From the human T2T-CHM13v2.0 reference genome, Homo sapiens, in the NCBI RefSeq assembly GCF_009914755.1, contig NC_060931.1: a stretch of 64,000 nucleotides of DNA. One strand, given 5' to 3'. Position numbers and translations under genes: made by a program. Below the pieces are notes generated by a model that ran no database searches, had not been told where the DNA came from, and saw nothing but the letters and a program-made list of their open reading frames with translations. Positions 45,291-62,145 of the stretch are shown here, piece after piece. Position 1 is the first letter of the stretch. Every line of letters starts with the position of its first letter.

Positions 45291-45669
45291 TCTGAAAAAT
45301 CTGAGTTTATAGTATTGTATAGATTCTATGACTATGAGGCTTCAAAGTCCAGACTAACAGGCCAGGAGGTAGGGCCAGTCCTATCCCTTGATATGGCTCA
45401 GAGCCACAAGGGCCGTTAAAAGCAAGGCCACCTAAAAGGTCTTTCCCACATTGGGGCTTGGAAGGAAGTGAGGTTTTACTATGGCACCCATCTCCCTACA
45501 CAGTGTATATCAAAATCGTAATCAAGGTAAACCAAGATCATAGCCAGAGAATAAGTGCCAAGCATCCAGTTGAAAGAGTGAAGATGAAAAAGGAATAATA
45601 AATAGCGAAATCACTGCATTTTCTATATATTGTATAGAAATCATTATACACACACACACAGAGACATCT

Positions 45670-46550
45670 ATAATCAAAAAGAAAAACACAGACAACCCAA
45701 TAAAAAATGAACAGAAGATTTGAACAGGCATTTCACAAAAAATAAAAATCAATTGCCAATAAACATATGAAAAGGGGCCCAACTTCCTTAGCATTAGAGA
45801 AAGACAAAATAAAACCTGATAATCAGCTACTGCTACATAACCAACAAAGGGCTACAATAAAAAAGACTAACAATACCAAGTGTTGGCAAAGATTCAGAGC
45901 AAATAACCCTCTCATACATTATTTATGGTAATTTAAACTGATACAACAGGTTTTTTTTTTTAATTTGGCTTTAGTATCTACTAAAGCTAAATATACACAC
46001 ACCATATGACCCAGCCATTCCACTCCTAGGTGTTTATCCAACAGAAATATGTACACATTTGTGCCAGAATATACATACCACAGTGTTTTTAGGGGCACTA
46101 TTCATAAGTCAAAATCTGGGGAAAACACAAATGTCTATCCACAAGAGAATGAATAAAATAAATTGTGACATATTCCTACAAAGGAATACTATGTAGAAAT
46201 GAAAGTGAATAAACAAAATGCACTAGACAATAACATGGATGAATCTCACAAGCATAATGTTGAAAATGAAACCAAATGCAAAATACAGTATTCTATGATT
46301 CAATTTACAGTAAGCTCAAAAACAGGCAAAACTATTCTAGGATGATAAAAGTCAGGAGAGTTATACTTTTAGGGAGGACCATGGTGAATAGGCCTGAGCA
46401 GAAGGAGGTTTCTCGGATGCCAACAATGTTCTGTTTCTTAATCTGGCCAATGGCTCCACAGGAGAGTCCATTTCATGAAAACCCATAAACATGTACTTTT
46501 CGATTTGTCTGCATTTATGTATTTATGTTGTACATCAATAAAAATGTACC
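45670..46550 (+). mobile_element. Old L1M (ME/MC-type) 3' fragment
   Basis: GACCCAGCCATTCCACTCCTAGGT, ACATGGATGAATCTCA and terminal AATAAA at ~46537. Confidence 0.78.
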
Positions 46551-47936
46551 CAAAACACTTAGGAAGAGTATTTGCCTATGACAACTAAAGGCAATGTGGT
46601 TACAATAAATAACCAAAACCATAGTCAAAGTAAACCAAGGTCATAGCCAGAGAGTCAGTGCCAAGCAAGTTAAAACAGGATGAAAAAAGAATGAGAAATA
46701 GCAAAATCATTGCATTTACAAATACTAATTTTCTGAACATTTTTCCAAGTTTTTGGCCATGATATGTTGTTATCACAGAATTTTTCTCCCAACTTTTGGC
46801 TGTATTTTAAAGGTTTGCAAAGGCATCGTCACGTCCCTTTCAATGTAGGGTTTTAAACAAGTGTATATGTACACACCCATGAGCCCCAAGGATATGTACC
46901 ATAATAATATAAGTATGGGACCACAAAACAACCAGAGTGATTCCCATAATCATCCACAAAATAAGTCTGATTATTTTATCATCACACCTGGTCTACGTGT
47001 ACATGCTCTTTGTCACTGAGTGCTTAATTATAGGAGTCCAAAAACTTTGAGTAGCTGTCCTAATCATCAAAAGATTGTGTGCTGTGTAATGAAAAAAACA
47101 CACGCTTTAACCCACCGTTTATCTATGTACTCCTCCACAATTGATTTAGCCTCCTTGACTCAGTTTCTGCTCATATAAATGGAGGAAATACTACCTACAT
47201 CGTGGGACTAGAGTGAGAATTAAACAAAACAGCTTACAGCAAAGTGCCTGGTATATACTAAGACCTTGACAACTGCTAGACAGTTGCAGCAATGTAGCAG
47301 ATTTTTAACCTTGCAGTTTTACCCATTTTAACATAAACACATTAACATTGCCTATTTCCTCCATATTTTAACGAGGATTAAGGGTTAGGCCTTTTGAACT
47401 TGTTTCATAGGCTGGGCATTTTCAGAAAATGTTGAAAAATATCCCAGACCCTGTCATTTCAGAAAGCAAAGCAGATAAAGGAGAAAGGGTATTGAAACCT
47501 ATATTTGAATTCATGAAACAGACACCTTTTCAAGCACACACACTGAAAGTAAAAATAAAATTAACCACCAATTAATGATTGAATGAAAAGAAGTCTCAAA
47601 AAGAAAATCATAAGGATCAATTTTACCCTATTTAATTCATATTTTGATCAAATTTCTTTCAGTAAAACTAAACTATCACCATTGACAATACATAATTACT
47701 GAGAAAGAACAACTTCAATTGCAATTATATAAATAAAGATCCTTAATTTTTTGGATCTTTTTAATTTTGGATTAATATGTCCTTTAAAAAATGTTTTTTT
47801 CTGAACTATATTTTTTAACATAATTCCACTCAAACTTTGTCCACATTTTTGATTAGAAAATTGACTTCTTTTGCCTCAATATTAGGATATTAATTAAATA
47901 AAGTATGGCACATTCGTATAATGGACTTTTTAAAAA

Positions 47937-48115
47937 TTTTTCCCCCATAGGTTATTGGGGTACAGGTGGTGTTTGGTTACATGAGTAAGTTCTCTAGCGG
48001 TGCTTTGTGAGGTTTTGGTGTACCCATCACCCGGGCAGTATACACTACACCCTATTCATAGTCTTTTATCCTTTGCCCCCCCTCCCACCCTCCCCCGCCA
48101 TGTCCCCAAAGTCCA
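47937..48115 (-). mobile_element. L1PB 3' end fragment
   Basis: GGGGTACAGGTGGTGTTTGGTTACATGAGTAAGTTCT; TSD-like TATAATGGAC(T/A)TTT. Confidence 0.82.
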
Positions 48116-48907
48116 ATATATAATGGACATTTAAAATATAACCATAAAAGTTGTATTTTCAAAGAATATTTGATGATTTAGGGAAAGGTCCTTAAAATAT
48201 CTTTAAACAGCACAAACAAAGGCTATGAAATAGTATGTGTACAGTGTAATTTCATTTCCATAAAGTTTATGCATGTTTGCACATGCATATAATAAAATTT
48301 TGGGAGGACAGCCATTCAAAATGTTCATAGTAGTTATCTTTGAATGATAGGATTGTGGGAGATATGCATTTCTTTCTTTAAATGTTTTGTCTTTCAAATT
48401 TTACACCATAAATATATACTACTTTAATAATAAGAAAATATTATTTTTAATTTTTCTGTATTCTGTAGATCTTGGCAGAAATCTAAGCAAAGATTTGTAA
48501 AATCTTTCTTCTCCTATCACTGCTCTCTCCCAGCCACTTTCATTTTGCCAATGCATGTGAAATATTTATGAACATCATGTAATCTAACAAAGAATAAGCA
48601 TCTGTTTGCAAGTGATTATATGGACATATTCAATATTTTAGGCCCTGAACAGTATTTTCTCAAACAGACTAAAAAATTGACCTGTCCAAATTGCCTAAGG
48701 GGTCAATGTGGAAAGCAGAGAACGCAAGTCCACAGTCTGGCCTCTCCCTGAGTGTGTGACCCTGAATGAGTCATCCAACCACTCACATCCTCTGCTCCTT
48801 ACTTGGGCCCTAAGGGAACTGTCTCTCCCATCTCTAAGGCCCAGAAGGCTCTGTGAAGCTTGCTTAGAGGTCTCACCAAGGCCAGGAGTGTTTGGTCCAA
48901 TAGCTCT

Positions 48908-49592
<685 letters not shown>

Positions 49593-51374
49593 AAGTTCCT
49601 ATCAAGGAAATGAGCATAGAAAGTGGAAAGAAATGGATCTAATAGAGGCAAGAGAGTCTAATTAATGAAGTTGTATAGGATTGCCTGCAAATTTCCCAAA
49701 ATGTGGGTGGAGTTCCATTTTTTTCACACTCCTCTATAGCAGGCAACTACTTCATGAAGGAGACTTCAGGGTGGGAGAATCTTCTATATATTATCCAACA
49801 AACTATCATGCCCACTGCCAGCTCAGAGTTCAACTTTAGCAGCATCTCCACTTTAATCCATTAGAGAGAGATTGTTTATACACTTATTTGAATATTTTAC
49901 CGCATTTTGCCCTTATTATGTCAAATAAATGTGTAAAAAATGGAAAAATGACAGGCTGAAACTAGTGATTAGAAACATAAGTCTCATAATCTTACTACAA
50001 TTGACATGAAAATGGGAATTATCATGTGGGCTCAAATCAGGAACTCTCTTAACTGGGAGTTCACTGAACTTAGGTTGATGTGTATACCTCTGTGAAGGAA
50101 AAAAACAAAGCTAAATAACATAGAACAAGTTCCAAAACCAGATGATCAAAGATTGAGCCTAAAAGACTAGATGTATTTTGGGATCTTAAAATAGTCTTTA
50201 GCTTTTAGAAAAGGGAATTTCCCTTGCTACATTCAAATAACTCATAACCTTTACACACTTGACATTTGCACACTTGATTCCAATAACTGCCTATAGGAAA
50301 CTTGTTATAGGAGAAAAGAGAATTCCCTAGAGGCAAGTAAGGAACTGCCTAATGCAGTTCTTAGCTGACAGTATTTCAACAAGTAATATTGAACAAACAA
50401 CTCCAGTGAGCATGATTTAACAAGTCCCTAGCCACATCATTGAAGCATACTTTCTACACAGGTCCTGAGTCATCTTACACCCCGCCCTCCCTCATCCCCA
50501 GATATTCAGATTCACGGATTCTGCTTTCATGTTTCTTAACTCTCTCTCTCTCTCTCTTCCTTTCCACCCCTACTTTCCCAGCTCAAGTATTCATAACCTC
50601 TTGCCTAGAGAGGCTCCCTACCTCTGGTCTCCTCCCTTCCAAGCCACCCCACACTCCATCAGAACTCCACTGGTTCAATCAATGAGTATTTATTGAGCCC
50701 TTACTAGGTGCCCTGCAGACACTACTTACTAGGGCCCATAGACACTATGTTGAGTCCTCGGAAGTCAATCTTGAACAAGGCAGACACGTACCCTGAAGGT
50801 GATAGTGTAGCCAGGAAGATAAACAATTGCTGTAGACCAACAATTACCATACACTAGTATTGTGAGTACTTTGTTAGGAAAGAACAGCATGCTACAAGAG
50901 AAGATAACTGGAAAACCAAAACTAGTGTAGTTGAATGAAAAAAATTATATTAAAAAGGTATTTACTGCTATACATCTTTATCTGGGAAGATCTGCAAAGA
51001 GGGAGATGGGGAAACTTACAAGTTGGCAGATTTTGATGGGGTAATCAATAAATGTGCATTTAATACGCCTATTAGATATCTGACTACAAATATCAAGACA
51101 AGTGGGTGTGTGAGCTTAGAGTCCAGCATCAGGGACGGAGATAGATAATTGGGGATTGTCCATATTTAACACCACAGGATTGAATGAGATCCCTTACAAA
51201 GAGGAGAGGAGAAAAGGGAAAGGAGGGGGGAGAAGAAAGACAAGTACTGAGCCAATGGAGATTCAGTTTTTAGAGGTCAAAAAGATGGGAAAAAAAACAA
51301 TGAGAAAAAAAGATGAAGGCTAGTCATTGAAGTCAGAGCAGGAGCATGAGGAGCCACAGAGCAAGCAAACGAGG

Positions 51375-53025
<1,651 letters not shown>

Positions 53026-54097
53026 ATCAAAAAATGAAGAATTAGCCCATATTGCTGAGAGGTTAAATAAGATGAGGACGGAACTCTCCGTGACAAGACA
53101 GAGCACTGAAGCCTTTGTTAAAGCCATTTCAGTGGAGTGAGTCCCAGAAGCCCCATTGAAATGTCAGTGGAAGAGAGACTGGGAGATGAGGAAATGGAGC
53201 TCATGGGAATACAGAACTTTCCAGCTTGAAAAGAAGCACAGAGATGAGGCAGAGCAGGAGGAGGGGATGGGGTCAAGGTTGGCAGGGCCAAGATGAGGGC
53301 TATAAAAGAATGTTTGTAGAGAACTGTGGTAGGGCCACCCTGCGGTGTAGGGTGGCCATTTGAGATCTGTGGTCTTACATTTGAAATGAGCCTTGCTGGC
53401 ATGGTTGTGTTTTCTACAGCACTGGGAAGCTGCCCGTGAGCAGGTGCAGAGTTGGTGGGTAGCAAGCTTTAACCAGCACTGTGTGATTTTTTTCTAGGCA
53501 AGGACCATAGAGGAAAGAGAGAGGCATGAGCTTTATGGGAAGTAAGGGCATGAGAAGAGGGTCCTGGCAGTGAAGGAGAGGCTGCATTCAGGCTGGGACT
53601 TGCCAGAGTGGGAGCATTAAATATGTGAGTTGGAACTATAGGAGGGGATCAGGGAGCAGGATGGTTGAAATCTAGATTTCAGAGGTGGGGCAGTTATCGT
53701 CGATGACTTAGTCAGGTTGAGCAAAATGTCTTCAGAGCTAAAAAGGTCAAGGAAATAAAGAGTTCCCAATATTGATCGGATCACCTACATAAATGCTGAA
53801 GTTGCCCCCAAAGAAAGGAAGAGAATAGGGAGTGAATGTGGAGAAGAGGGGGAGGATCTGAAGCAAGGGGAACAGTGTGTGCAAAGGACAGACTCTCACT
53901 GTGAGGAGCAGAGAGACATTCATGAAGGATGGAGAACTGATACCATGGGGTAGATAAAGGTGGAGTGGAACGCACAGCTATTTTTGTGAAGACTTTGAAA
54001 CACACGCGAAGGAATTTGTATTTTATTGTAAGGAAAGCTATTGAAGGATTTTAAGCAAAGGGTACACAATCATATTTGTGTTTTTAAAAAATGCTCT

Positions 54098-54958
<861 letters not shown>

Positions 54959-55284
54959 TATTTTTTAAAAAATCACACTGAACTGCTGTGTGGAGCACAG
55001 ATGAAACAGGGGCAACCTGGAGAGAAAGAGCCCAAACAACAGGCTATTGTTGCTACTCACAGAGACAGCACAGAACAGGAGCTAATTTGGGAACTCGGGA
55101 GTGGGCATAGTGGATTCAGTTTGGAGGGGCATGCTGAGTCTGAGTTTCCCAGGGCTGAAGGGGGTCCATGCCCAGTACTTTTTCCATATAAGCACCAAGC
55201 AATTAAAAATCCATCAGTGCGTAACCCTGCAGCACTGAAAACACACTCACAGCCAAGGCCAGCTCAAGGCTGTTTGCATGAGGT

Positions 55285-55470
55285 CATGTAGCTTGGTGGT
55301 TGGGCTCAAGAATTCTGGAACCAAACTTCCTAGTTTGAATCTTAGCACTGCCACTTACCAGCTTGAGCAACTTATTTAAACTTTTTGCCTCCATTTCCTT
55401 ATGTGTAAAATGGTAAATAATAATAGCACCTACTCATAAGGCTGCTTAGATTAAATGAGTTAGTACATTT
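55285..55470 (+). mobile_element. MIR
   Basis: CTGCCACTTACCAGCT...TGTAAAATGG...GATTAAATGAGTTA. Confidence 0.65.
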
Positions 55471-56099
55471 AGCATAGTTAGTATCTATATAATACTAACT
55501 CTGGAAAGAGAGGGTTAGTAGTATATAAATATACGTAATAATTTTATATTAAGAAAATAAATCATAGAATAATGTATGATCGTTTGCTATCAATATTATG
55601 AACACTAATTACTTTGAAGAAAGGTTAGCTGACATATTTCTTCATCCATTCCATTGTTCATTCATTCAACAGGTATTGATAGAGTCCTCACTACCGGCAC
55701 TCAAACATAAATCAGACACCAATTCTGCTCTCAGCAAGCTTAGACTAGCAGAGATTTAGACACGCAGAATTTTACATGTTCAATCCCTCTCTGAAGAACA
55801 ACTTGAGTTAATCAATAACAGGAAATATTATTGTTGAAATATATACATCACCACAAAAATAACCTTCAAATACTTTTCCTATATAAAATCAAAGTCATGT
55901 ATTATCTTGCTTCATATATATAATTCTTTCTTTTATATAACTGTCCTTAAATGATACATCTAAAGTGATATGTTTTTCATCATATACGTTTTAAATATGT
56001 ATGTTTGCAAGCAAATATAAACAAATACATAATCTTGCCTTGCTTTTAAAAGATAATCAGGCATTATATAAAATAAGCATTATATATCTGGCTACATGA

Positions 56100-56290
56100 G
56101 TGATAGTATGGTGTAGTGGTTAGGAGAAGAGTCTGAAGCAAGATCACCTAAATTTAAATTCCTGTTCTACTAATTGTGTGATCTTGGGCAAGTGAGGCCT
56201 CTTTGTACCTTACTTTCCCCATTCTGTAAAATGGGACTATAATAACACTTCATAGAGTTGTCATGAGGCTTAAATAAGTTAACAAACATG
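56100..56290 (+). mobile_element. MIR
   Basis: AGTATGGTGTAGTGGTTAG...TCTTGGGCAAGT...CTGTAAAATGGG. Confidence 0.7.
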
Positions 56291-57544
56291 CAGTATTTTC
56301 AATACTAAAAACCCCAAAGTATTAGCTTTCTTATGCAGAAATGTTCCACCCACATTTTTGTACTTATTTATTTTGTGCTTGTTTATTTGTAAGCGAAACT
56401 TAGGGTTCAAGTAATTTTATTAAACTCTGGAATATGCATCATTATCAAAGGAAAATGTTAGATTTTACCCAAGCTCAGTTGGTACAGGCATTTCTCCTGA
56501 AATAAGAAGGGCTCCTGTGAAATAGTTACTCCCGAGTGTTGCCAGTTGCTATTCAGCAGCTAGAATCGGCCACCAGAGGCTGCCAACAAGGACTTGTGGA
56601 CAATGCAAGGGTGAACAGCAGGAAAGGCAGAAACAGGTCAATTTAACCAGAATTACTTCTAGATCTGCCCCATCAGCATCAAGAAAAGCCAGAAATGTTT
56701 TTCTGAGGGAGGCAGGATGTTTTCTCTTTACATTTAAACGTCCAATTTTGACAAAGTAGGACACCAAGGCTTGGAGAACTTTCTGCTTGAAATGATTGAT
56801 AGTATTTATTTGAGTTTTGGTCTGTGTGTTCCATAACTTCTCTAAGAGTCACACTGCCACCTGATTCATAGAACCTCTTGCAGATCTCTTTCACTGACTC
56901 ACAGATGGTGGGCTGTGGATACAAAACACCAAAGGTGAGCCCAGCCCACTCCACAGGGAGAATTAGAGTGTCCAAGCTTCATCTGCCAAACATGTGGAAC
57001 CTCTGTTCCCAGGGCACATGGTGAGATAGTTCTTTGAATCAACATCCATATTACTCCAACAACTCAAGTTGACATAAAAATATCAAGTGTTCATCTTATT
57101 TGTATATAGAAATTGCATATTCAGGTGAGTTGCTTTTAAAATCTATTTCTTCATTGTAACATAGTTCCTCATTTATGGCCTGCTTTGTAATAAATTATCC
57201 TTTGTAATTTCCCAATCTCTATTTTTCACTAATTAATTTAAAACCTATTTCAAAGAAAACAGATGCATTTCTGTATTTAAATTTTATTTGTTTATGCATA
57301 GGCCAGTATTTTATCTTTCTTGGCAGCTATGTAATAATATTTTAGATCAATTTGTTATCTTTTATTATCCACACAGTATCCAGGATCATTTGCCATTTTA
57401 AAAAGTCAACTGTAATTTAATGACATGCTGAATTCCTTGTATTGTTTTGGAAATAACTTCAGGAAAATGTAACTATAATACACCCAAATGGCATACAAAT
57501 TTTGATATTGTTGTATAAAATTTGTTCAAGTTCACTCTATGTTA

Positions 57545-57857
57545 ATTTTTTATTTTTTATTTATTTGTTTTTAGAGACAGGATCTTGCTCTGTCACCTGG
57601 GCTGGAGTGCATTAGTGCAATCATAGCTCACCGCAGCCTCCATCTCCTGGGCTCAAGGAATCCTTCTGCTTCAGCCTCCCAAGTAGCTTGGATTACAGGC
57701 ATGTGCTACCACACCCAGCTAATTTTTTCATTCTTTTGTAGAGAGGGAGGTTTCACTATGCTGTCCAGGCTGGTCTCAAACTCATGGCCTCAAGGGATCC
57801 TTCTGCCTAGGCCTCCCAAAGTGCTGGGATTACAGGCATGAGCTACCACGCCCAGCT
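57545..57857 (-). mobile_element. AluJ
   Basis: Diverged reverse Alu dimer. Confidence 0.87.
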
Positions 57858-57899
57858 AGTATATTTTATATGAGAACTAAAAAACTTAACAATGGTTTA

Positions 57900-58365
57900 C
57901 GGGGTACATTATCTAGCCAGATTTCCTTTCTGACTTCATCTCCTGCCTCGCTTTTCCTTGTTCATTCTACCCTGACCTCACATAAATCCTTGAACACATC
58001 GGGCACCATCACCTTGGGGCTTCTGCACTAACTGAGGCCTCTCCCTTTGTTTTTCTTTCCCCCAGATATCACTTTCCCACCTCAGATAGCACCTTCTCAG
58101 TGAGTTTTCTGGACCACCTTTATATATGAAACATCTCCAGCATCCCCAGTCCTCCTCCAATCCCTGCTATTTTTTTTTCCCATAGCACTTATCACTTCTA
58201 ATATACAGCATAATTTTCCTCCCTTTTTATGTATTGTCTGTCTTCCTCTCCAGGAATCTAAGCTCCACGAGAGCAAGGATTTTTGTCTGTTTTGTTCTAT
58301 TGATGCATCCACAAGGCCTAGAACAGTGCCTGGTACATAATAGGGGCTCAATAAATATTTTTTAA
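57900..58365 (+). mobile_element. L2a 3' end
   Basis: CCTAGAACAGTGCCTGGTACATAATAGGGGCTCAATAAATATTT. Confidence 0.75.
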
Positions 58366-58934
58366 ACTAGTGGAGAGATATTAATAATATAAAATTTTCC
58401 CAAGTCATCCCTTTATCACTTATGAGAATTGCATCTATCATCCCACTTGCAGTTTTAGCTAAAACTGAGGTTCATGCTAATCATTAACCTTGAATGGTAC
58501 TCAGACTTTGAAACAAAGAATAACTAAAGGCCCTAGCACTTCATCCTCAAACCATGCCCCTTCTGTTATGATCACAGATGAGCTCTTCTGGAAAAATTCC
58601 TCACACAGGGCCTGAGGATCCCCCATCCCTGAAATTTCCAGGTGATGTCTTTCCCTCTCAAGTGTAGAGTGGAACTGTCAGGATATGACTCCTGTCAATC
58701 ATCCCTAAGCAATGCCCATGAGCCCCTTCGCAGACACGTGCTGCCTACCTGCAGTGGGGAGGAAAGCAGGGAGAGGCTGCAAAACCCTGGTTAGTGTAAA
58801 ATCACCCTCATTTTCTCTTGTGTTTCTATAATAGAATGAAGAGACACCCATTCCCCAGTATCCCAAATCAAGTAAGCGAGTGGCAACTGCCACCGTGGCT
58901 TCCAATTTCTTCCTTGAGGAGTGTAATAAAAGAA

Positions 58935-60590
58935 TCAGATGACACCAAAAGCATGAACCATAAGAGAAAAAGAATTTATAAATTGGACTTCACTAAAATT
59001 AAAAACTCTTGCTCTTCAAAAAACACCATTAAGAAAATGAAAAGAAAAGTAATATCCTGGGAGAAAATATTTGCAAAATGTAACTGAAATGACTTGTATT
59101 CAGAAGACATTTTTAAAAATCTTACAAGCCAATAAGATAAACAACTCAATTTAAAAATAATTGAGTAAAACATGTAAACAGACAATTCATTAAAGAAAAT
59201 ATATGGATAGTAAATAAACACATGAAAACATTTTCAGTATTATTAGTCATTAATAAAATGCAAATCAAAACCACAATGAGATACCACCACACCCTCTAGC
59301 AGAATGGCTATCATCAAAAAGATAATAACAAGAATTGGTGAGGATGTGAAGAAACCTTCATACATTGCTAGTGGAAATGCGAAATGGTATAATCACTTTG
59401 GAAAACAGTTTGGCATTTTCTTAACAAGTTAAATACAAACCCACCTTGTGGCCAGGCAATTACATTCCCAAGTATCCCAAGAGAAATAAAAACTTACATC
59501 CACATGAAGACTCACAAGTGAATATTCATAATGGCCCAAAACTGGAAACAACCTAAATGTCCATTATTTGGTAAATGGATAAGCAAATGATATGTCATAC
59601 ATGAAATCAGGGCCAACTTCATGGCACACAACAGTGCAGTTGCACATGGCCCCACACTCAGAAGGGCCTCTGAACTTAGGATTGAATGTACTATGGTCAC
59701 CATTTTGAAATTCTTAATAAATTTATCTTTGAATTTGTGTTTTGTAAGTGAAATCTAATAAGACATGCACCAGATCTAGGTACCCAGTGCATGCCAGCAT
59801 GGAGGTTGCATCACCCTGGGGGGTCTCCTGTCCACTTAGGGTTAGGACAGTTGCCCCTTGCAAAAGGGAAATACCTGGTTCAGCTTCCCTGGCCCCAGCC
59901 AAGCTACAGCACGTTGCTCCAGTGGTTGATGGGAAAGGTAACCTTGCAGTGGGACATGTGTGCATGGTGAGTCATGGGCCCCCAGGTGCCTGTAAGGGTC
60001 TACACTCACCTTGAGACTATCTCCATGCCTGAAGGGGAGAAAACATTAAAAAGCAAACAAGTAACACCATGGCAAGCTTGGAACAAGACTGCAGAAGAAA
60101 GGAAAAAACTTTATGCTTTGGTACCTTTAATGACAATGTTTTCCTGCTTTTTGAACAAGGGACCTGGCATCTTCATTTTGCACTTGGCCTGCAAATTATG
60201 TATAAATCCTGAATAAAACACCATGCAGTAACAAAGAGGAACAAACTAATGATACATGCAATAACATGGATGAACTTTACAAACATTATCCAAGGTAAAA
60301 GAAGTCAGAGTCAAAGACTACACATGGCATGGTTTTATTTACATAAAATCTCTAGAACAGGCAAAACTATAGAATCAGAAAGCAGTTTTGTGGTTATCTG
60401 GGGCTGACTGTAGGAACAGGCATTGAGTGCAAACAAGCCCAAGGGAACTTTTAGGGTAATGGAAGTATTTCAAAACTAGATTGTGATGATAGTTTAAATG
60501 TGTAAATGCACTAAAACAAACTGAACTGCACACTAAAAATGAGTAAATTTTATGGTTGTAAATTACACCTCAATGAAGTTGTTTTAAAAA
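58935..60590 (+). mobile_element. Old L1M 3' fragment (interrupted by MER45-like element)
   Basis: AAATGCAAATCAAAACCACAATGAGATACCAC and GTAAATTACACCTCAAT motifs. Confidence 0.8.
59608..60211. mobile_element. MER45-like hAT-Tip100 element nested in L1M
   Basis: Begins CAGGGCCAACTTCATGG; ends TTTTGCACTTGGCCTGCAAATTATGTA...CCTG. Confidence 0.65.
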
Positions 60591-60894
60591 GAATCCGTCT
60601 CACCTCTACTCCCTATAATCCACCCACACATCTAGCCTAGCCAGGCAAGGTTCACAGCATAGGAAACCCCTCAGTCTACACCCAAGGGAACACAATTAGC
60701 CATGAGACTGAGAACACCTTAGACAATTGGAGCCACCTTCTGCTGAGGTACTGAACAGTGCAACTGATATCTGAGTAGTACATGGTATTGATTTTTTTGA
60801 GGAATCAAGGAAGAGTGAAACTTTATTGACCTCTCAGTCTTTATAGACCTTGCAGTTTCTGTTATTAGAATAAGAATCAAGAACAATCTTATTT

Positions 60895-61460
60895 TGGCAG
60901 GTAGAATTCTCTGTGGATCCTGCCCCCTGGTGGTCATGCCCTGTATAATTCCCTCCCCTTCAGTGTGAGTAGAATATAGCAAAGGTAAAGGTGTTTTGTA
61001 AATGTAATTAAGGTACCTAATCAGTTGACTTTAGTCAATCAAAAGAAAGAGTATCATGGGTGGGCCTGACTTAATAAAGCGAGGGCCCTCCCTAAAGTCA
61101 GGGATTCTTCTTGCTGGCTTGAAGAAGTCGGCTGCTATGTTAAGGAAGCTCACCTGGCAAAGAGCTATGTGTGGTCTCTATGATTTCAGAGCAGTCTTTA
61201 TTTGAAAGCCAGCAAACATCTGGAGTCTTCAGTTATATAGCTTCAAGGAAACAAAATCTGCCAATAATTTTGATGAACTCCAAAGCAGATTCTTCTCCAG
61301 ATAAGAATGCAGTCCAGCCAATGCTTTGACTATAGTTTCATGAGACCCTCAGCAGAGGACCCAACTATGCTGTGCCAACCTCCCAACTGGGAGACAATAA
61401 ATGTAGTTGTTTTAAACACTATGTTTGTGATCATTTGTTACAGAAGAGAAAAACCGTACA
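60895..61460 (+). mobile_element. MLT1E/F-like LTR
   Basis: GTAATTAAGGT.CCTAATCAGTTGACTTT ... GAGACAATAAATG...TTGTTTTAA...TTTGTTACAG. Confidence 0.72.
60917..60936 (-). promoter_or_regulatory. Near-consensus CTCF motif
   Basis: Minus strand reads TGACCACCAGGGGGCAGGA, against consensus TGGCCACCAGGGGGCGCTA. Confidence 0.55.
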
Positions 61461-61811
61461 TTTAACCACACAAAGGAAGCACCCTTACCTTTGTCCAACC
61501 CTAAGATAGATTATTACATCTGATGAAGGTCACAGAGCCACTATGATCATGAGAGTAGACTGTAAGTGTGGCAACCGTTGTTTACTAAAACAAACATCAG
61601 ACTCCATCATCTGATGGCTGCAAATGACTTTATGAGGGAAAGAGGACTGGGTTTTAAGACCAATTTTGTCCCATAAACATTTGAATGGGTGGTGGCCATA
61701 GCTTAAAGATAGAAAGGTATGTAAAGGAGACTGGACCAATACCTGGCATACAATAAGTGCTCAATAAATGTTAGCTTACTCTTTACCCACTTGAAGACTT
61801 TCTTTCTCTAA

Positions 61812-62145
<334 letters not shown>

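Noticed and set aside
47735-47760. 8-bp inverted repeat AAAGATCC...GGATCTTT
   Set aside because: Short and in an AT-rich context; compatible with chance.
56568-56585. CTCF-like CCACCAGAGGCTG (and CCAGCAGATGGTTG near 2080)
   Set aside because: Both deviate at key 3' core positions; too weak to call.
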